The translations under genes were made by a program, and so were the position numbers. A stretch of 64,000 bases of DNA from an uncultured bacterium (lineage in GTDB: Bacteria; UBP4; UBA4092): the NCBI GenBank assembly GCA_964644695.1, contig CAZXWN010000001.1:1-64000 (forward strand), in the 5' to 3' direction. The notes under the pieces are model-generated. The model ran no database searches. It was given only the letters and a program-made list of their open reading frames with translations, and was not told where the DNA came from. Each line of letters starts with the position of its first letter. Position 1 is the stretch's first letter. This document shows, piece after piece, positions 1 through 9,717 of the stretch.

Positions 1-26
1 CCCACGGCATCTGTCCACCCCTTCCA

Positions 27-1055
27 CTAACCCTCAAATATCTCTTCAACGGGTGTGGGATTTGTGATACCAAGATGCTTATAAGCTGAAATTGAAGCTT
101 TTCGCCCAGACCTGGTTCGTTTAAGAAAACCAGTTTTTAGAAGATAAGGTTCAACCATATCTACTAAAGTATCTATTTCTTCATTTAGAGTTGCTCCAAT
201 GGCCTCAATACCGACAGGCCCACCATCATAATGCTCAATGATTACTTTAAGGAATTTTCTATCGAGATCATCTAAGCCTAGGGTATCAATACCTTCCATT
301 TTTAACGCTTTCTTGACTATATCAAGATTGATAATTCCATCAGATTTAACTTGGGCATAGTCCCTGACTCGCCTTAAAATTCTATTTGCAATTCTTGGAG
401 TACCACGAACTCGTTTAGATATTTCTTCAGAACTTTCATCGTTTATTTGAACATTAAGAAGTTGAGATGATCGCTTAATTATTTGTTGAATCTCATTTTC
501 AGGATAAAAATCTAAGTGGTAAAATAACCCAAATCTTTCCCTAAGTGGTGCTGATAAAAGGCCAGCTCGTGTTGTTGCTCCGACTAATGTGAATTGTTTT
601 AATGGAACGTTAATTGTCTTTGCAAAAGCACCTCTATCAACGATAAAGTCAACTTTATAATCTTCCATGGCGGGATATAAAAATTCTTCAACAATCCGAG
701 GCAAACGGTGTATTTCGTCAATAAATAAAACATCACCTTTTTCCATATTGGTTAATAAACCCATTAAATCACCCGTTCGCTCAAGCGAAGGCCCGGAAGT
801 GATAATTATTTTGGCCTTCATTTCATTGGCAATAATGTGAGCCAGGGTTGTTTTCCCAAGCCCCGGAGGTCCGTACAAAAGAACATGCTCTAAGGGTTCT
901 TGTCTTTGTTTTGCCGCTTGAAGGGATATTAAGAGTTTATTAACGACATCTTTTTGCCCAATATACTCATCCAATAAATTAGGCCGAAGATTAATATTAA
1001 CTTGATCTTCATCCTGATTTTGTGCAATCCCGGAGACAATACGTTCCCGACTCAT
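27..1055 (-). CDS. ruvB: Holliday junction branch migration ATPase RuvB
   Basis: LRP..L.EYIGQ, Walker A GPPGLGKTT, FIDEIHRL, GATTRAGLL and VEPYL motifs; follows ruvC and ruvA. Confidence 0.98.
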   Translation of the reverse strand: MSRERIVSGIAQNQDEDQVNINLRPNLLDEYIGQKDVVNKLLISLQAAKQRQEPLEHVLLYGPPGLGKTTLAHIIANEMKAKIIITSGPSLERTGDLMGLLTNMEKGDVLFIDEIHRLPRIVEEFLYPAMEDYKVDFIVDRGAFAKTINVPLKQFTLVGATTRAGLLSAPLRERFGLFYHLDFYPENEIQQIIKRSSQLLNVQINDESSEEISKRVRGTPRIANRILRRVRDYAQVKSDGIINLDIVKKALKMEGIDTLGLDDLDRKFLKVIIEHYDGGPVGIEAIGATLNEEIDTLVDMVEPYLLKTGFLKRTRSGRKASISAYKHLGITNPTPVEEIFEG

Positions 1056-1061
1056 AAGTTA

Positions 1062-1730
1062 TTACCCTTGATGTTTAAATATTTCAGCGATTAATTCTTC
1101 TGAAGTGTGAATGGATTTATTTCTGGTCAGAGCCTTATTGATTCTTGATTCAGCTTCTTGTTTACTATATTGCAGCTGTAGCAAAACTAGCAGAGCTTCC
1201 TCATGAATATCGACGGGACCCTCAGAAATAACATCATGTGAATGGGATTCCTCATTGGATGATAATAAAGTAAATCGTCTCATTTTACCTTTGAGTTCAG
1301 CCGTTATTTTTTTTGCAGTTGCTGTTCCTATTTCGGGTAATTCATCAAGCCATTTGTAGTCATCTCTCTCAATTGCACTTGCAATGTCCTGTATTGGAGC
1401 TGCCATTGCTTTTAATGCTGTTTTCACTCCAATACCACTGACCGATGAAAATAACTCAAAAAAATCTCGTTCCTGAGGATCAATAAAACCTATAAGACGG
1501 GGAATGAAAGGACCGCCACCCATACTTCCTTCAAAATAGTGAATGGTATGGAAGGTAACTGGACTTTTTTCTTTTAATTCCTTGTGAAACTGTCCAATGG
1601 GGCCAAGCTTGTTTGCTAAAGAGTTGGGAATTAACAACTCATAAACAATTCCGTTGAGTTCTACCAATACAAAATAGTCTTTTTTCTTTTGTTCAAGACA
1701 GAGAAGTATTCCTGTTATTTGCCTAATCAT
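1062..1730 (-). CDS. ruvA: Holliday junction branch migration protein RuvA
   Basis: MI..I.G.L N-terminus, HhH motifs VSGIGVKTA and LPEIGTATAKKI, ELKGK; lies between ruvC and ruvB. Confidence 0.93.
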   Translation of the reverse strand: MIRQITGILLCLEQKKKDYFVLVELNGIVYELLIPNSLANKLGPIGQFHKELKEKSPVTFHTIHYFEGSMGGGPFIPRLIGFIDPQERDFFELFSSVSGIGVKTALKAMAAPIQDIASAIERDDYKWLDELPEIGTATAKKITAELKGKMRRFTLLSSNEESHSHDVISEGPVDIHEEALLVLLQLQYSKQEAESRINKALTRNKSIHTSEELIAEIFKHQG

Positions 1731-2230
1731 CGTTGAACTTCAAGTCCCATACTATGGGATATAGTATTTGCATGACACAAAGCGGCTGCCAGAGCATCCG
1801 TTACATCATATGGATTGGGTGCTTCTTTTAACCCTAAGGTATTCATTACCATTCTTTGCATTTGTTCCTTCGTAGCTCGACCATACCCAGTTAATGAATT
1901 TTTAATCTTTGTTGCAGAATATTCTACCACGCCCAAACCGTTGAGATTTGCGACTAGAAATGGTATTCCTCGAGCGTGGGCCATTATTATAGCTGTTCTC
2001 GGGTTGTTGTAATGTGAATATAGATTTTCGATTGATAAAACATGGGGCTTAAACTCTTTGATTATTGAATCTAACTCGATAAAAAGGGTGTGAAGTCTGA
2101 TATCCATAGTGTCTCTCGGAAGTGTCTTAATGCACCCCGCCTCAACAAGACTACATCTGCCATAGCTTACAACATCCAAAATTCCATAACCTGTAATATG
2201 AAGGCCCGGATCTATTCCTAATATACGCAT
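1727..2230 (-). CDS. ruvC: Crossover junction endodeoxyribonuclease RuvC
   Basis: MRILGIDPG, ARG, TGYGRATKEQM and DVTDALAAALCH motifs. Confidence 0.97.
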   Translation of the reverse strand: MRILGIDPGLHITGYGILDVVSYGRCSLVEAGCIKTLPRDTMDIRLHTLFIELDSIIKEFKPHVLSIENLYSHYNNPRTAIIMAHARGIPFLVANLNGLGVVEYSATKIKNSLTGYGRATKEQMQRMVMNTLGLKEAPNPYDVTDALAAALCHANTISHSMGLEVQR

Positions 2231-3030
2231 TAGGATTTGACTCTCCTATAGTGTCTTAATCCCCAAGAAATGAGGCTGGGAAAAAGAGTGTTAACGATAA
2301 TAAATAGATGATCAAACCACGAGATGTAATATTCTGGTTTAGGATTAGCTAAGCATTTTAAAATAGTTTTTGAGACTTTATCAGGAGAAGCTCCACGGAT
2401 CCAGTTGTTTTCTATCGATAAATTTGATGGATTGGATATGTGTTTTCCAAAATTTGTATTAGTAAGTCCGGGATTAACAATACAGACTTTTACAGGCGAA
2501 GAGTTGCCTAATTCCGCTCTAACTGACTCTGTCATGCCAATTAGTGCAAACTTGGTTGCACAATAGGCACTATAATAGGGAACTCCACGCCGTCCAATAA
2601 CTGAGGAAATATTAATTATTACGCCACCCCCTTGGTCTCGCATTATTGGTATCAATTGTTTCATGGATTGATACGGAGCTAGAAGATTTGTGTTTAGTAT
2701 ATTTTGAAATTCTGTGTAAGGGAGTTCTTCGAGAAAGCATAGAATTCCAAATCCTGCATTATTAATCCATCCATCAATTCTTTTGTGCTGATTCATCACT
2801 GATTGAATTAAATTTGAAACGTTTTCTGGAATGGAGATGTCTGTAGCGTAAATACTTACGATTTCATTAGATTTAATAGTCTCGTCCAGTAACTCCTTCA
2901 ACCTTTCATAATTACGGGCAACAGCAATAACAATGGCACCGGATGCTGCAAGGTTTCTGGCCGTTGCCCGACCAATACCTGATGATGCACCAGTAACTAC
3001 AATGACTTTATTTTTTAGATTATTTATCAT
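2230..3030 (-). CDS. Classical SDR family oxidoreductase
   Basis: TGASSGIG, NNAG and YCATK (YxxxK) motifs; stop overlaps the ruvC start (TAATG). Confidence 0.92.
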   Translation of the reverse strand: MINNLKNKVIVVTGASSGIGRATARNLAASGAIVIAVARNYERLKELLDETIKSNEIVSIYATDISIPENVSNLIQSVMNQHKRIDGWINNAGFGILCFLEELPYTEFQNILNTNLLAPYQSMKQLIPIMRDQGGGVIINISSVIGRRGVPYYSAYCATKFALIGMTESVRAELGNSSPVKVCIVNPGLTNTNFGKHISNPSNLSIENNWIRGASPDKVSKTILKCLANPKPEYYISWFDHLFIIVNTLFPSLISWGLRHYRRVKS

Positions 3031-3042
3031 GATTTGAAAATA

Positions 3043-3603
3043 TTAGAACTTAACACTAACGGGTTTCCGAATATCAAGATTTTCAACCTCGAAAAATGCA
3101 TGCGTCTGAAAACCTCCTAATGAAGCAATTATACTGCTGGGGAAAGTCAGTACTTTGTTATTCATGTCTCTGACATTTCCATTATAGAATCGTCTGGCTG
3201 CCTGAATTCTATCTTCTGTGTTTATTAACTCATCTTGTAGTTGCAGGAAATTTTGATTTGCTTTTAACTCAGGATATCCTTCAACTACGGCAAATAGTGA
3301 TTTTAAACCTTGCACCAATTCATTCTGGGATTTTGCTTCTTCATCAGGCTCTATTTTATGATTTAGCATGGCTGCATTCCTGGTTTGTACAATCCGTTCC
3401 AGTACTTCCTTCTCGTGTTGTGCATACCCTTTAACTGTTTCAACTAAATTAGGAATAAGATTGTAACGCCTTGTCAATTCTGTATCAATATTTGACCATG
3501 CTTCTTTAATCATTTGGTTCAATCGAACCAATGTATTGTACGTCACAACAATATAAATAATTGGTAAGAGTATTATCCCAATAACAATAACCAAGCCAAG
3601 CAT
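3043..3603 (-). CDS. lemA: LemA family protein
   Basis: N-terminal TM, AWSNID..L.RR..LIPNLVETVKGYA.HE, YPELKANQNFL.LQ.EL..TE.RI..ARR.YN; GGAGG RBS supports the ATG at 3603. Confidence 0.93.
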   Translation of the reverse strand: MLGLVIVIGIILLPIIYIVVTYNTLVRLNQMIKEAWSNIDTELTRRYNLIPNLVETVKGYAQHEKEVLERIVQTRNAAMLNHKIEPDEEAKSQNELVQGLKSLFAVVEGYPELKANQNFLQLQDELINTEDRIQAARRFYNGNVRDMNNKVLTFPSSIIASLGGFQTHAFFEVENLDIRKPVSVKF

Positions 3604-3623
3604 ACAACCTCCTTTCATCCAGT

Positions 3624-4289
3624 TTATTCGTTTTGTTCTTGACGGAGATATTCAGGAATTAGTTTAAAAAAACTTTTCGATTCTAAAATCAGTATATCAG
3701 CTTTATTTATAGGAACTTGTTTGCCATAGTGAAAGAGTACATCCGTTCCCATACACTCAATATTTAGGTTGGTTGTATTTAAAAGAAACTCCATCATTCG
3801 AGGGTGAATAATATCGTATGCGAATTTTTTATTGGATGATGAAATATGAAACTTAGTTGAAAATTCAGAGGATTCAAAATCAATATCATCAAATCCAATG
3901 GCTGCTGCTATTTTGTCCAAAAAGTGTTCTGGACGAATAACCAAAGGTTGAAATGCAAAAGTACTATTGACAATTAAGCCTGTATAATAGTGTGTTTGTT
4001 TATTCTTTCCACTACCTGTTGTATATCTATAATCAAAAAACAGATAGGACTTATTATCGATCTTACCCTGGCAAAGATTATAAGCTTTTCGGGAATGCCC
4101 TCTTTGGAATAGATGGAATGCTGAATACCTGCTCGGAACTCCTATGGTATCTTGATATAAATAACTTAAATTATTCCTAACTGCGAATTTCTGCCATTCT
4201 TTTTTCCGTTTTGCATTCATTAGAACAGCAAATATTAAGAGTCCAATAACAATAATAATAAAAAGTATAAATACAATAGATTGTTCCAT
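3624..4289 (-). CDS. Single-TM hypothetical protein (DUF3137-like LemA partner)
   Basis: N-terminal TM; Y.YTTGSGK and DIDFES.EFS.KF motifs; adjacent to lemA. Confidence 0.6.
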   Translation of the reverse strand: MEQSIVFILFIIIVIGLLIFAVLMNAKRKKEWQKFAVRNNLSYLYQDTIGVPSRYSAFHLFQRGHSRKAYNLCQGKIDNKSYLFFDYRYTTGSGKNKQTHYYTGLIVNSTFAFQPLVIRPEHFLDKIAAAIGFDDIDFESSEFSTKFHISSSNKKFAYDIIHPRMMEFLLNTTNLNIECMGTDVLFHYGKQVPINKADILILESKSFFKLIPEYLRQEQNE

Positions 4290-4332
4290 AATGGGTTCAA
4301 TTATATCGCAGTTATGGGAAGATAAATAAAGA

Positions 4333-4359
4333 GCCTTTCTCTTCTTTATAGAGAAAGGC
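4333..4359 (-). terminator. Probable intrinsic terminator after the DUF4855 pair
   Basis: Inverted repeat GCCTTTCTC/GAGAAAGGC followed by a T-rich run on the minus strand. Confidence 0.6.
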
Positions 4360-4380
4360 CCTTTACATAAAAATAGGCTG

Positions 4381-5490
4381 TTATTTAAGTTCGTAGTCGC
4401 CTTTTACGAAATGAAATAAATCTTCATACGCTTCTATTTCCTGAGGCTTGGGACTGCTGTACATTTTAGGAATATCACATGGGCCAATAAAATGACCACA
4501 GACAGAATCTTTCATGTAGCCATATTTTACGCCGCCATTTAAATAATTCCTGAAACGTTTGTATTTTTGATTTCCAACACTAAATTTCGGAGGAAAATAA
4601 TAATAATATTCCATCTCAAACCCAGCTCCTCTGGATTTGGCTTCCAATGCGGCTTGTTTAACATCTGGGACATCGTAATAGAAAATATGGTTGGGTTGTA
4701 ACATGGCACAATCAAAATAAAATCCTTGATAGTCATTCAGGATTCTGACATTGTATGAACTGTAAAAAGGAATCCAGAACAATTTGGTTTTTCGTTTTTT
4801 ACAGTGTTTATAAAACTCCTTAATTACCCAATGATCATCGATATCCCAGCTGTAATGCAAAGATTCATACATCCAATAAAAACCAAGCAGCTTAACATTT
4901 TTAAGGTCAGTTTTACTCCATTGTTTTAATGCTTCATCCACAAACCAGTTGACAGCTTCTAAACGCTGTTCTGAAGCCTGCATCAGGTTTTGTGCCGTAA
5001 CAGAAAAGTTCAAGCTGGGTTTGTTAGATTTAAGTTTTCCAAAAAGGGATTGGTTTGGCATGGGATATGGGCACCCAATGACAATGCTGATAGGATGGTC
5101 AGGTTTTCTCCCTACTTGACGAGTGAGTTCAGGAACTAACTTGTCGATAGTATCAATTGGGCCATTAGGTGCAAGATGTGCTTCAATACCCAGGAGCCAG
5201 TCACGCATATTTGCAGGATTCGGATTGACGATGGCATAAAAGTCGCCTTCTCCATTCCTGGATGTCCCACGATTTGAATCTGCAGCATAATAATTGCCAT
5301 TTGGAGATTCTAGAATATAAGGCATAATGGCATCATAAAACCAGTCATCTGCTTTATTCGTCTTTCGATCGAAATGTGCTAGATACATGGACATGTCTTT
5401 TGGGGACATAGGTTTATTCCAGTCCCAGATGGGTAGGACCAGGTGTCGGAGATAGTTGAAATCCGGTTGATTCTGTGGAAAATACGACAT
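4381..5490 (-). CDS. DUF4855-like putative glycoside hydrolase (paralogue 2)
   Basis: L.GFYW..E, FWIPF, FDCA.LQPN, GFEME and YL.GG.KYGYM motifs; no signal peptide. Confidence 0.75.
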   Translation of the reverse strand: MSYFPQNQPDFNYLRHLVLPIWDWNKPMSPKDMSMYLAHFDRKTNKADDWFYDAIMPYILESPNGNYYAADSNRGTSRNGEGDFYAIVNPNPANMRDWLLGIEAHLAPNGPIDTIDKLVPELTRQVGRKPDHPISIVIGCPYPMPNQSLFGKLKSNKPSLNFSVTAQNLMQASEQRLEAVNWFVDEALKQWSKTDLKNVKLLGFYWMYESLHYSWDIDDHWVIKEFYKHCKKRKTKLFWIPFYSSYNVRILNDYQGFYFDCAMLQPNHIFYYDVPDVKQAALEAKSRGAGFEMEYYYYFPPKFSVGNQKYKRFRNYLNGGVKYGYMKDSVCGHFIGPCDIPKMYSSPKPQEIEAYEDLFHFVKGDYELK

Positions 5491-6611
5491 TAAAAATTCC
5501 CTTCCTTAAGTTGATAATCACCCTTAACAAAATGATATAAATCTTCTAATAACTCGTGTTCTATTTTGATTTTACAATTGTACATATCTGGGATACTGCA
5601 ATTTCCAATAAAATGGCCACATACAGAATCTTTCATATAACCATATTTAATGCCACCATTTAAATAATTCCTAAACCGACGATATTTTTCATTATTAACA
5701 CCTAGTTTTTTAGGCAGGGAGAAATAGTATTCCATTTCGAAACCGGCATTTCTGTCCCGAGCTTCCAATGCAGCTTGTTTTACATCTTTAAAATATTCAT
5801 AGAAGATATGGTTGGGTTGAAGTATGGCACAATCAAAATAAAATCCCTCATAACCATTCAGCAATCGGACATTATAAGAACTATAGAAGGGTATCCAGAA
5901 AAAACGACTTTTACGGTGCCGGATATGTTTATAAAGTTCTTTAATAACCCAATGATCATCAATATCCCAACTATAACGAAGTGTCTCATGGATCCAGTAA
6001 AATCCCAGGAGATTGAGGTTTTTATAGTTAGCCGTATTCCATCTTTTCAGAATTTCATCTACATACCAGCAACAGGCTTCAAGTCGTTGTTCTGATGCTT
6101 GCATCAAGTTCTGGGCTGTGATCGAAAAATTTAAACTGGGTTTGTTGGATTTTAGCTTTCCAAACAAAGATAGAAGATTAGAAGGATAGGGAAGGGTAAT
6201 TACTATATTGATTTTATGGTCGCGAGATTTTCCAATTTTCTGTGTTAATTCTGGAACAAGATTATTCATCATGACCAGTGGTCCATTGTCAGCAAAATGA
6301 CCATCAATCGTTTCTTTCCAGTCTCGGAGATTAGCCGGACTTGGAAATGGTATTGCATAGAAATTACCGTAACCATTGCGAGTTGTGCCGCGATTAACAT
6401 CTGCCAAAAACGGATTGCCGCTTGGAGCCGCTGTGATAAATGGCATTATGGAATCATAGAACCAGTCGTCGGGAGTATCTTTTTTCTGATTGAAATGAGC
6501 CATGTATAGAGCCATATCTTTCTTTGACATGGGCTTATTCCAATTCCATACAGGAATAACCAGATGTTTTAGATAGTTTAACTTTGATTGGTTTGGAGCA
6601 AAGTAAGGCAT
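5490..6611 (-). CDS. DUF4855-like putative glycoside hydrolase (paralogue 1)
   Basis: Same motifs as its neighbour with long identical peptide blocks; TAATG stop/start coupling at 5490. Confidence 0.75.
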   Translation of the reverse strand: MPYFAPNQSKLNYLKHLVIPVWNWNKPMSKKDMALYMAHFNQKKDTPDDWFYDSIMPFITAAPSGNPFLADVNRGTTRNGYGNFYAIPFPSPANLRDWKETIDGHFADNGPLVMMNNLVPELTQKIGKSRDHKINIVITLPYPSNLLSLFGKLKSNKPSLNFSITAQNLMQASEQRLEACCWYVDEILKRWNTANYKNLNLLGFYWIHETLRYSWDIDDHWVIKELYKHIRHRKSRFFWIPFYSSYNVRLLNGYEGFYFDCAILQPNHIFYEYFKDVKQAALEARDRNAGFEMEYYFSLPKKLGVNNEKYRRFRNYLNGGIKYGYMKDSVCGHFIGNCSIPDMYNCKIKIEHELLEDLYHFVKGDYQLKEGNF

Positions 6612-6643
6612 GTTTGTCCTCGTGAAAAGTTTTGTGGGGAGAT

Positions 6644-7963
6644 TTATTGGATTTTTGTAATAGGTGTTTTCATGGAGCGATTTCCGGAGAAATCATATGC
6701 TTCTACCTGATATTCAGTAGAACCAAAAATACGTCCTATCCAGGAGAGGTCTTTATCAAAATAGGTGATTGGAGTATTCGCTGGAGTCCTGGGTAAATAC
6801 TTGGGTTGAATATTCGCAATTTCAACACCATCTTTGTAAATGATATATCCAAGAATACCGAAATCATCTTTTGAAGGTAGCCATGATAACTGGGCACCCC
6901 CTTGAGTAGCTTTTGCAGTCAGCTCCGTGGGGGGTGTAGGGATTTTCGTTTCGGTATATCCATTGCGAACATAGTATAAATAAGACTTGTGAAAATTAGG
7001 ATTTGTGACGGATGGGCTTTGATAATGGCTGTATGAGAATGTGATTATGTTTTCGACATAAGGTCGAACATTTATCATTTGTTTGGCGATTTCATTGACA
7101 GGTGCGGCCCGATAATTCTTTCGGAAAGTTTCAAGGTCAGACCAATATCGAATTCCAGGTTTTGATTTAACCGCTTCTTTGATGCCAGAAAACCATGGCA
7201 TAAAATTATCTGGGGTTAGCAGTTCTCCACCACATCCATCCTGGGGACAGAAAATATCCCCTCTCCCAAAACTTGAATGAGAAAACAGATATTTGAAAAG
7301 ATTACGGTATTCTTCTGGAGTACTCAAGGTGCGATTCCAGAATGGACAAATCATGACAGGAATTCCAGGTGTGAGTTTATGAAGATGGTTACAACTGATA
7401 TCCAGAGCTTTTGCTAAATTGGCTTGTTGTTCGGGTTTCTTATAATTCAGGTTATCGATTTCCCACCACCAGTACCATCCATAGAACTGATTGGGATAAC
7501 GAATTACATATTTTTGGTTCAATTCGTTGGCAACTTGATTCCCAATCTCCATTTCCGGGAATAGCCAAGCGGTATCGTTAGCGTAATATTTCCACCAATC
7601 TCCATTGGAATTCAACCCTAAAATAACCTTCATTCTATACTTTTTAGCGAATCGGAAAAGGTTTTCTACAACATCCTGTTTCCCTGTCAGGCTTTGGTAT
7701 CCCGGAAGATCCGTGGCATAGACCGCTTTTTTCTCTTTGGAATCCAGTACATCCTGAAGAATGACAAGTTCCATGCCGGCATCTTTCAGGGCGCGAAATT
7801 CACGGTCCCAGTCAGCATCTTTCCAGTTCTTAACCAACCAGTTTTGAATAAAGCTTCCTCTCGCCACAGGGTGCCCCGCCTTAGTCAATGGAGACTGAAT
7901 GTCCTGCGCCCAGGAGAATGTAAATAAACTGACAGTTATTAATAACCCAATCCACTTTTTCAT
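6644..7963 (-). CDS. Secreted DUF4434/DUF5109-like putative glycoside hydrolase with C-terminal fibronectin-III-like domain
   Basis: Signal peptide from MKKWIG; GSFIQ, W..EF..LK.AGM..VILQ, FYGWY...EID, PQDG.G and WSDLE.F motifs; FN3 pattern LSW.PS.DD.GI.GY.IY.DG...Y.V.AYD.SGN.S. Confidence 0.72.
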   Translation of the reverse strand: MKKWIGLLITVSLFTFSWAQDIQSPLTKAGHPVARGSFIQNWLVKNWKDADWDREFRALKDAGMELVILQDVLDSKEKKAVYATDLPGYQSLTGKQDVVENLFRFAKKYRMKVILGLNSNGDWWKYYANDTAWLFPEMEIGNQVANELNQKYVIRYPNQFYGWYWWWEIDNLNYKKPEQQANLAKALDISCNHLHKLTPGIPVMICPFWNRTLSTPEEYRNLFKYLFSHSSFGRGDIFCPQDGCGGELLTPDNFMPWFSGIKEAVKSKPGIRYWSDLETFRKNYRAAPVNEIAKQMINVRPYVENIITFSYSHYQSPSVTNPNFHKSYLYYVRNGYTETKIPTPPTELTAKATQGGAQLSWLPSKDDFGILGYIIYKDGVEIANIQPKYLPRTPANTPITYFDKDLSWIGRIFGSTEYQVEAYDFSGNRSMKTPITKIQ

Positions 7964-8002
7964 ATTTAGCCTAAAAATAATATTAATGAGATAATAACCC
8001 AA

Positions 8003-8437
8003 TCAACCCTTAATTCCCATATGTTCTTTTAAGATACATTTATTCATAACAACCTGGAGCCCTGCAGCACGAGCCGTATCCGCCGATGCATTATGAACGA
8101 TTCCTTCCTGCATCCAGATGACTTTGGCCCTCAGGGCAATTGCCTGAGCTATGATTTCAGGGACTGCGTCCGGTTTTCTAAAGATATCTACAATATCTAT
8201 CGGTTCAGGAATTTGGGTTAAATCAGAATATGCCTTCTCTCCGAGGACTTCTTTTATGGCTGGATTGACGGGGATAATTCGATATCCGTTTTGTTGAAGA
8301 TAATGGGCAACCCTGTAACTGGGACGATCCGGTTTATCCGAAAGGCCTACCACGGCAATAACTTTATTATTCTCTAAAATACTTTTTATTTCTTCTAATG
8401 TGGCATTTTGTTGCGGAAACTCACAGGCCTCTGACAT
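8003..8437 (-). CDS. CoA-binding protein (YccU-like)
   Basis: IAVVGLS.KP.RPS..VA.YL...GY.IIPVNP, DIVDIFR and WMQEG motifs; GGAGG RBS. Confidence 0.92.
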   Translation of the reverse strand: MSEACEFPQQNATLEEIKSILENNKVIAVVGLSDKPDRPSYRVAHYLQQNGYRIIPVNPAIKEVLGEKAYSDLTQIPEPIDIVDIFRKPDAVPEIIAQAIALRAKVIWMQEGIVHNASADTARAAGLQVVMNKCILKEHMGIKG

Positions 8438-8601
8438 GTCCAATACCTCCATGTGAAAATCTATTCACGATTTTATCAGTAATTTGGATGAGTTTGAATA
8501 GGGGAGATAATGCTGCTCTTAACCTTGATGAAACAACATAAAAGTAAATGGTAGACAAAATTTATCCACTAATTTTTACGATTATTTATAGTGGATACCC
8601 T

Positions 8602-9708
8602 CTACTTAGTCCAGATGATAGATGACCCTGTAATATTGTAAAAGTCTGTCGATAGGATTGTTTTGGTTTTGGATTCAAGATTTATCAGGAATAGCTTGGC
8701 ATTACGGTTGTCAGCAATTCCGGGTAGTGCTTTCGAATTTACAAAAAGAAGATACTTCCCATCCGGAGACCAAACTGGGTTCTCTGCAAATTCTTCTCCA
8801 TGGGTTAGTTGCTGTAACTTCTTTCCTTGTTTATTAACCCTCCATATATCTCCATCAGCTGAAAAGGCTAACCATTTACCATCAGGACTCCATGTGGATT
8901 GTCCACCATTTTCTTTGATGAAGTTCAGGTAAGTGCCATCATTTTGCATGATATATAGGCCGTACCTAATCGCTTTGGAATCAAACTTTCCACTGACAGC
9001 CATAATATTCTTATCTGGATTGAAATTTACTTTTATTGGAGATGCTGAAGAGTAAAACTTACAGGATGGTAATACTTTTTGATTTACCTTTCCATCCCGA
9101 CTGATTTTCATTAGAGTAAATCCTGGAATATTAGCCTCATAAGGAGCCGTAAACATTTCAATATTACCTAATGAATAATAAATGTCTTTTCCATCAGGTG
9201 ACCAGACCGGTTCTCTAAATATTTCGGTGCTGCTGTTTTCCAATATCACGGTGTCTTTATTCTGATTAAGGGATGTCACAGATAGTTTAAACTCTTTTGT
9301 TTTATTGACAGTTTTTCCCGGCTTGGTTAGCACATAGACGATATCTTTTCCATCTGGCGATAAACTGCCAAAGGATCTGAAATTGAGTGTTTTAAAAGAT
9401 TTGCTGATTGTAGAAAAATCTGAGTTGTTTATCTTTTTGGCAATATGGAATTTATTCTGACCAAAACCAATTAATGTGTTGGAAATTGTATCAATTTGCC
9501 ATTGTGAAGATATCGGCAGATTGAGTTCTTTAAGTGTGTGTTTATTTAGATTGTCTTGAAATGTTAATTGGTATAATCCGGTAGAAGCCGTATCTTCCTT
9601 TATGTGGGTCCCTGGTATATATATGGTCCCTGATTGGGCAAATAATGAAGCGCACATAATGAAACATAGAAAAATCAGGTATATTCGTTTACTCATAACT
9701 ATCTTCAT
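8602..9708 (-). CDS. Secreted PD40/TolB-like beta-propeller protein (copy 1)
   Basis: Signal peptide ending ..LFAQ; repeated P.WSPDG motifs; no TolB N-terminal domain. Confidence 0.8.
   Translation of the reverse strand: MKIVMSKRIYLIFLCFIMCASLFAQSGTIYIPGTHIKEDTASTGLYQLTFQDNLNKHTLKELNLPISSQWQIDTISNTLIGFGQNKFHIAKKINNSDFSTISKSFKTLNFRSFGSLSPDGKDIVYVLTKPGKTVNKTKEFKLSVTSLNQNKDTVILENSSTEIFREPVWSPDGKDIYYSLGNIEMFTAPYEANIPGFTLMKISRDGKVNQKVLPSCKFYSSASPIKVNFNPDKNIMAVSGKFDSKAIRYGLYIMQNDGTYLNFIKENGGQSTWSPDGKWLAFSADGDIWRVNKQGKKLQQLTHGEEFAENPVWSPDGKYLLFVNSKALPGIADNRNAKLFLINLESKTKTILSTDFYNITGSSIIWTK
8611..8903. repeat. 293-bp near-identical direct repeat, copy 1 (partner at 9727-10019)
   Basis: Manual alignment at offset 1116 shows 6 mismatches and no gaps. 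Confidence 0.95.
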
Positions 9709-9717
9709 TTAAACCTC

